From Vicinamibacterales bacterium (lineage in GTDB: Bacteria; Acidobacteriota; Vicinamibacteria; Vicinamibacterales; UBA2999): a DNA stretch of 64,000 nucleotides. A program made the position numbers and the translations under genes. Below the pieces are notes generated by a model that did not search any database, was not told the DNA's origin, and was given only the letters and a program-made list of their open reading frames with translations. The stretch's first letter is position 1. Each line of letters begins with the position of its first letter. This document shows positions 62,719 through 64,000 of the stretch, piece by piece. The DNA lies in assembly GCA_036374815.1 (NCBI GenBank), contig DASUSZ010000130.1, forward strand, positions 2,732-66,731, read 5' to 3'.

Positions 62719-63390
62719 ATGCAGCCAGGTGTCGATCTCCCCGGGGTAATGGACACGTTCCAGGAGGAACTGTTCGCATCCGCGATCCGCTTACCTCTCG
62801 CCGCGTTGCTCGGCACCGTGCTGGCCTTGCGGCCCCGCCGCAACGGCACGCCGGAGCGGCAGCCGGCCGTCGTGCAGACGCAGATCATCCTGGCGGTGGT
62901 CGGCTCGCTGATCATGCTGGTGGTCGGCGCGAGCCTGGCGCGCGCGTTCGGCATTGTCGGCGCCGCCAACCTGATTCGCTACCGCTCGAAGATCGAGGAT
63001 CCGAAGGACGCGGTCGTGATGCTGTGCGCGCTGGCCGCGGGCCTGGCCGCCGGCGTCGGCCTCTACGGCCTCTCGGTGATCGGCACGCTGTTCATCGTGT
63101 TGTGCCTGTGGATCATCGAGGGCTTCGAGCCGCAAACGCGCCTGTTCGAGCTCAACGTCAAGATGGGCGACAACACCGCGGAGCTGCGGCCGAAGATCGA
63201 GGAAGTGCTGCGCCGCTACAAGGCGCGCTATGAGCTGCGCACCGCCGCCGAGGACACCGTGTCGTACATGGTGACCACGCCGAAGGCGCTGCGGACCGAT
63301 CGCGTGTCGAACGCGCTGATGGAGCTGGCGCCGGACGGCAAGGGCGCGGTCGAGTGGGCCGAGAAGGCCAAAGACAAAGTGCCGAAGTGA
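62719..63390 (+). CDS. DUF4956-like membrane protein
   Basis: Track ORF 62719..63390. It has 3-4 TM helices and the block GAANLIRYRSKIEDPKDAVVMLCALAAGLAAG, which resembles the (I/L)(I/V)RFRT..KDP core I recall for DUF4956. A soluble C-terminal domain follows. Confidence 0.7.
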   Translation: MQPGVDLPGVMDTFQEELFASAIRLPLAALLGTVLALRPRRNGTPERQPAVVQTQIILAVVGSLIMLVVGASLARAFGIVGAANLIRYRSKIEDPKDAVVMLCALAAGLAAGVGLYGLSVIGTLFIVLCLWIIEGFEPQTRLFELNVKMGDNTAELRPKIEEVLRRYKARYELRTAAEDTVSYMVTTPKALRTDRVSNALMELAPDGKGAVEWAEKAKDKVPK

Positions 63391-63394
63391 CGCC

Positions 63395-64000
63395 GTGAAG
63401 CTCATCGTCCAGCCCGAAGCCGGCGTCGTTCCGGTGGTGCAGGCCATCAAGGCCGCGAAGAAGTGGATCGACATCCTCATCTTCCGCTTCGATCGCACTG
63501 AAATCGAAAAAGCCCTCGCCGCGGCGGTGCAGCGCGGCGTCAAGGTGCGCGCGCTCATCGCGCATACCAACCGCGGCGGCGAATCGCGGCTGCGCAAGCT
63601 CGAGCAGCGGCTGCTCGCGGCCGGCGTGCTGGTGTCGCGCAGCGCCGACGACCTGATTCGCTATCACGCGAAATTCATGGTCGTCGACTCGACCACGCTG
63701 CACCTGTTCGGCTTCAATTTCACCAAGCTCGACATCGACAAGAGCCGCAGTTTCGCGATTTCAACGCGCGACTCGAAGGCGGTGGCCGAGGCGGTGCGGC
63801 TGTTCGAGTCGGACCTGACGCGGCAGGCGTTCATCCCGGGGAAATCGCACCTGGTGGTCAGCCCGGAAAACGCGCGCGCCATGCTGACCGCGTTCATCGC
63901 CAGCACCAGGAGAGAGCTGCTGATCTACGACACCAAGGTCCAGGACCCGTCGATGATCCGGCTCCTCAAGGAGCGCGCCGCCAAGGGCGTGCGCATCCGC
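63395..64000 (+). CDS. Phospholipase D-family (HKD) protein, 5' portion; runs off the right window edge
   Basis: Not in the track because no stop lies in the window. Hand translation from GTG 63395 gives VKLIVQPEAGVVPVVQAIKAAKKWIDILIFRFDRTEIEKALAAAVQRGVKVRALIAHTNRGG...IRYHAKFMVVDSTTLHLFGFNFT. The HKD motif is HAKFMVVD. A second PLD-like repeat begins near ...RRELLIYDTKVQD. Confidence 0.8.
   Translation, partial: MKLIVQPEAGVVPVVQAIKAAKKWIDILIFRFDRTEIEKALAAAVQRGVKVRALIAHTNRGGESRLRKLEQRLLAAGVLVSRSADDLIRYHAKFMVVDSTTLHLFGFNFTKLDIDKSRSFAISTRDSKAVAEAVRLFESDLTRQAFIPGKSHLVVSPENARAMLTAFIASTRRELLIYDTKVQDPSMIRLLKERAAKGVRIR

Overview
GC-rich, very densely coded bacterial chromosomal segment. I count about 55 protein genes and one tRNA-Ser. 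I see no rRNA, CRISPR array, transposase, integrase or phage genes. The gene content looks Acidobacteriota-like (CarboxypepD_reg-type TonB-dependent receptors, a TPR Ser/Thr kinase, M61 peptidases, CBM9/DUF5916-like proteins, many lipoproteins), but that is inference only; no database search was possible.

Gene content, left to right:
- A minus-strand unit chaining iolB, a TonB-dependent receptor (TBDR), an orphan lipoprotein and a sugar ABC importer. It diverges from iolE, a transaldolase-family gene and iolD.
- A hybrid histidine kinase, two lipoproteins and tRNA-Ser(GCT).
- A MASE1 hybrid kinase, a Ser/Thr kinase and an M61 peptidase joined by GTGA overlaps.
- A minus-strand A-type cytochrome c oxidase cassette (fused subunit I+III, a 51-codon CxxC mini-ORF, subunit II), bracketed by two M61 paralogues.
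- A CBM9/DUF5916-like protein, then a small protein ending in Cys-Cys, an ArsA/GET3-like ATPase and a DinB-family protein.
- A penicillin-acylase homologue, then an ArgH-family lyase and a sodium:solute symporter flanked by two coupled mini-ORFs.
- A second DUF5916-like gene, an MBL/beta-CASP hydrolase and an M49 peptidase.
- A six-gene ATGA-chained operon: HEAT-cyclophilin, aminotransferase, malQ, Trx-NHL, NPP, MFS.
- A second TBDR module.
- A TetR locus followed by a phosphate-themed cluster: a secreted kinase-like protein, two purple-acid-phosphatase-like esterases, a DUF4956-like protein and a PLD-family protein.

Most unusual signals:
1. Two dispersed micro-repeat families sit at gene boundaries: a 7-mer GGGARCC and an 8-mer YRRGCCCS. 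Most copies satisfy the G-quadruplex spacing rule. Three copies are read through as protein (EPGTGNRE-type peptide), including the linker of the fused oxidase subunits.
2. A signal-peptide-bearing, cysteine-rich protein carries protein-kinase-like catalytic motifs and lies next to extracytoplasmic phosphoesterases.
3. iol catabolic genes are coupled to an outer-membrane TonB system.
4. There is a CC-terminal small protein / ArsA-like / DinB triad.

Limits: starts were chosen by eye (the ORF track prints M for GTG/TTG starts too). Family names are from memory of motifs and are not verified.
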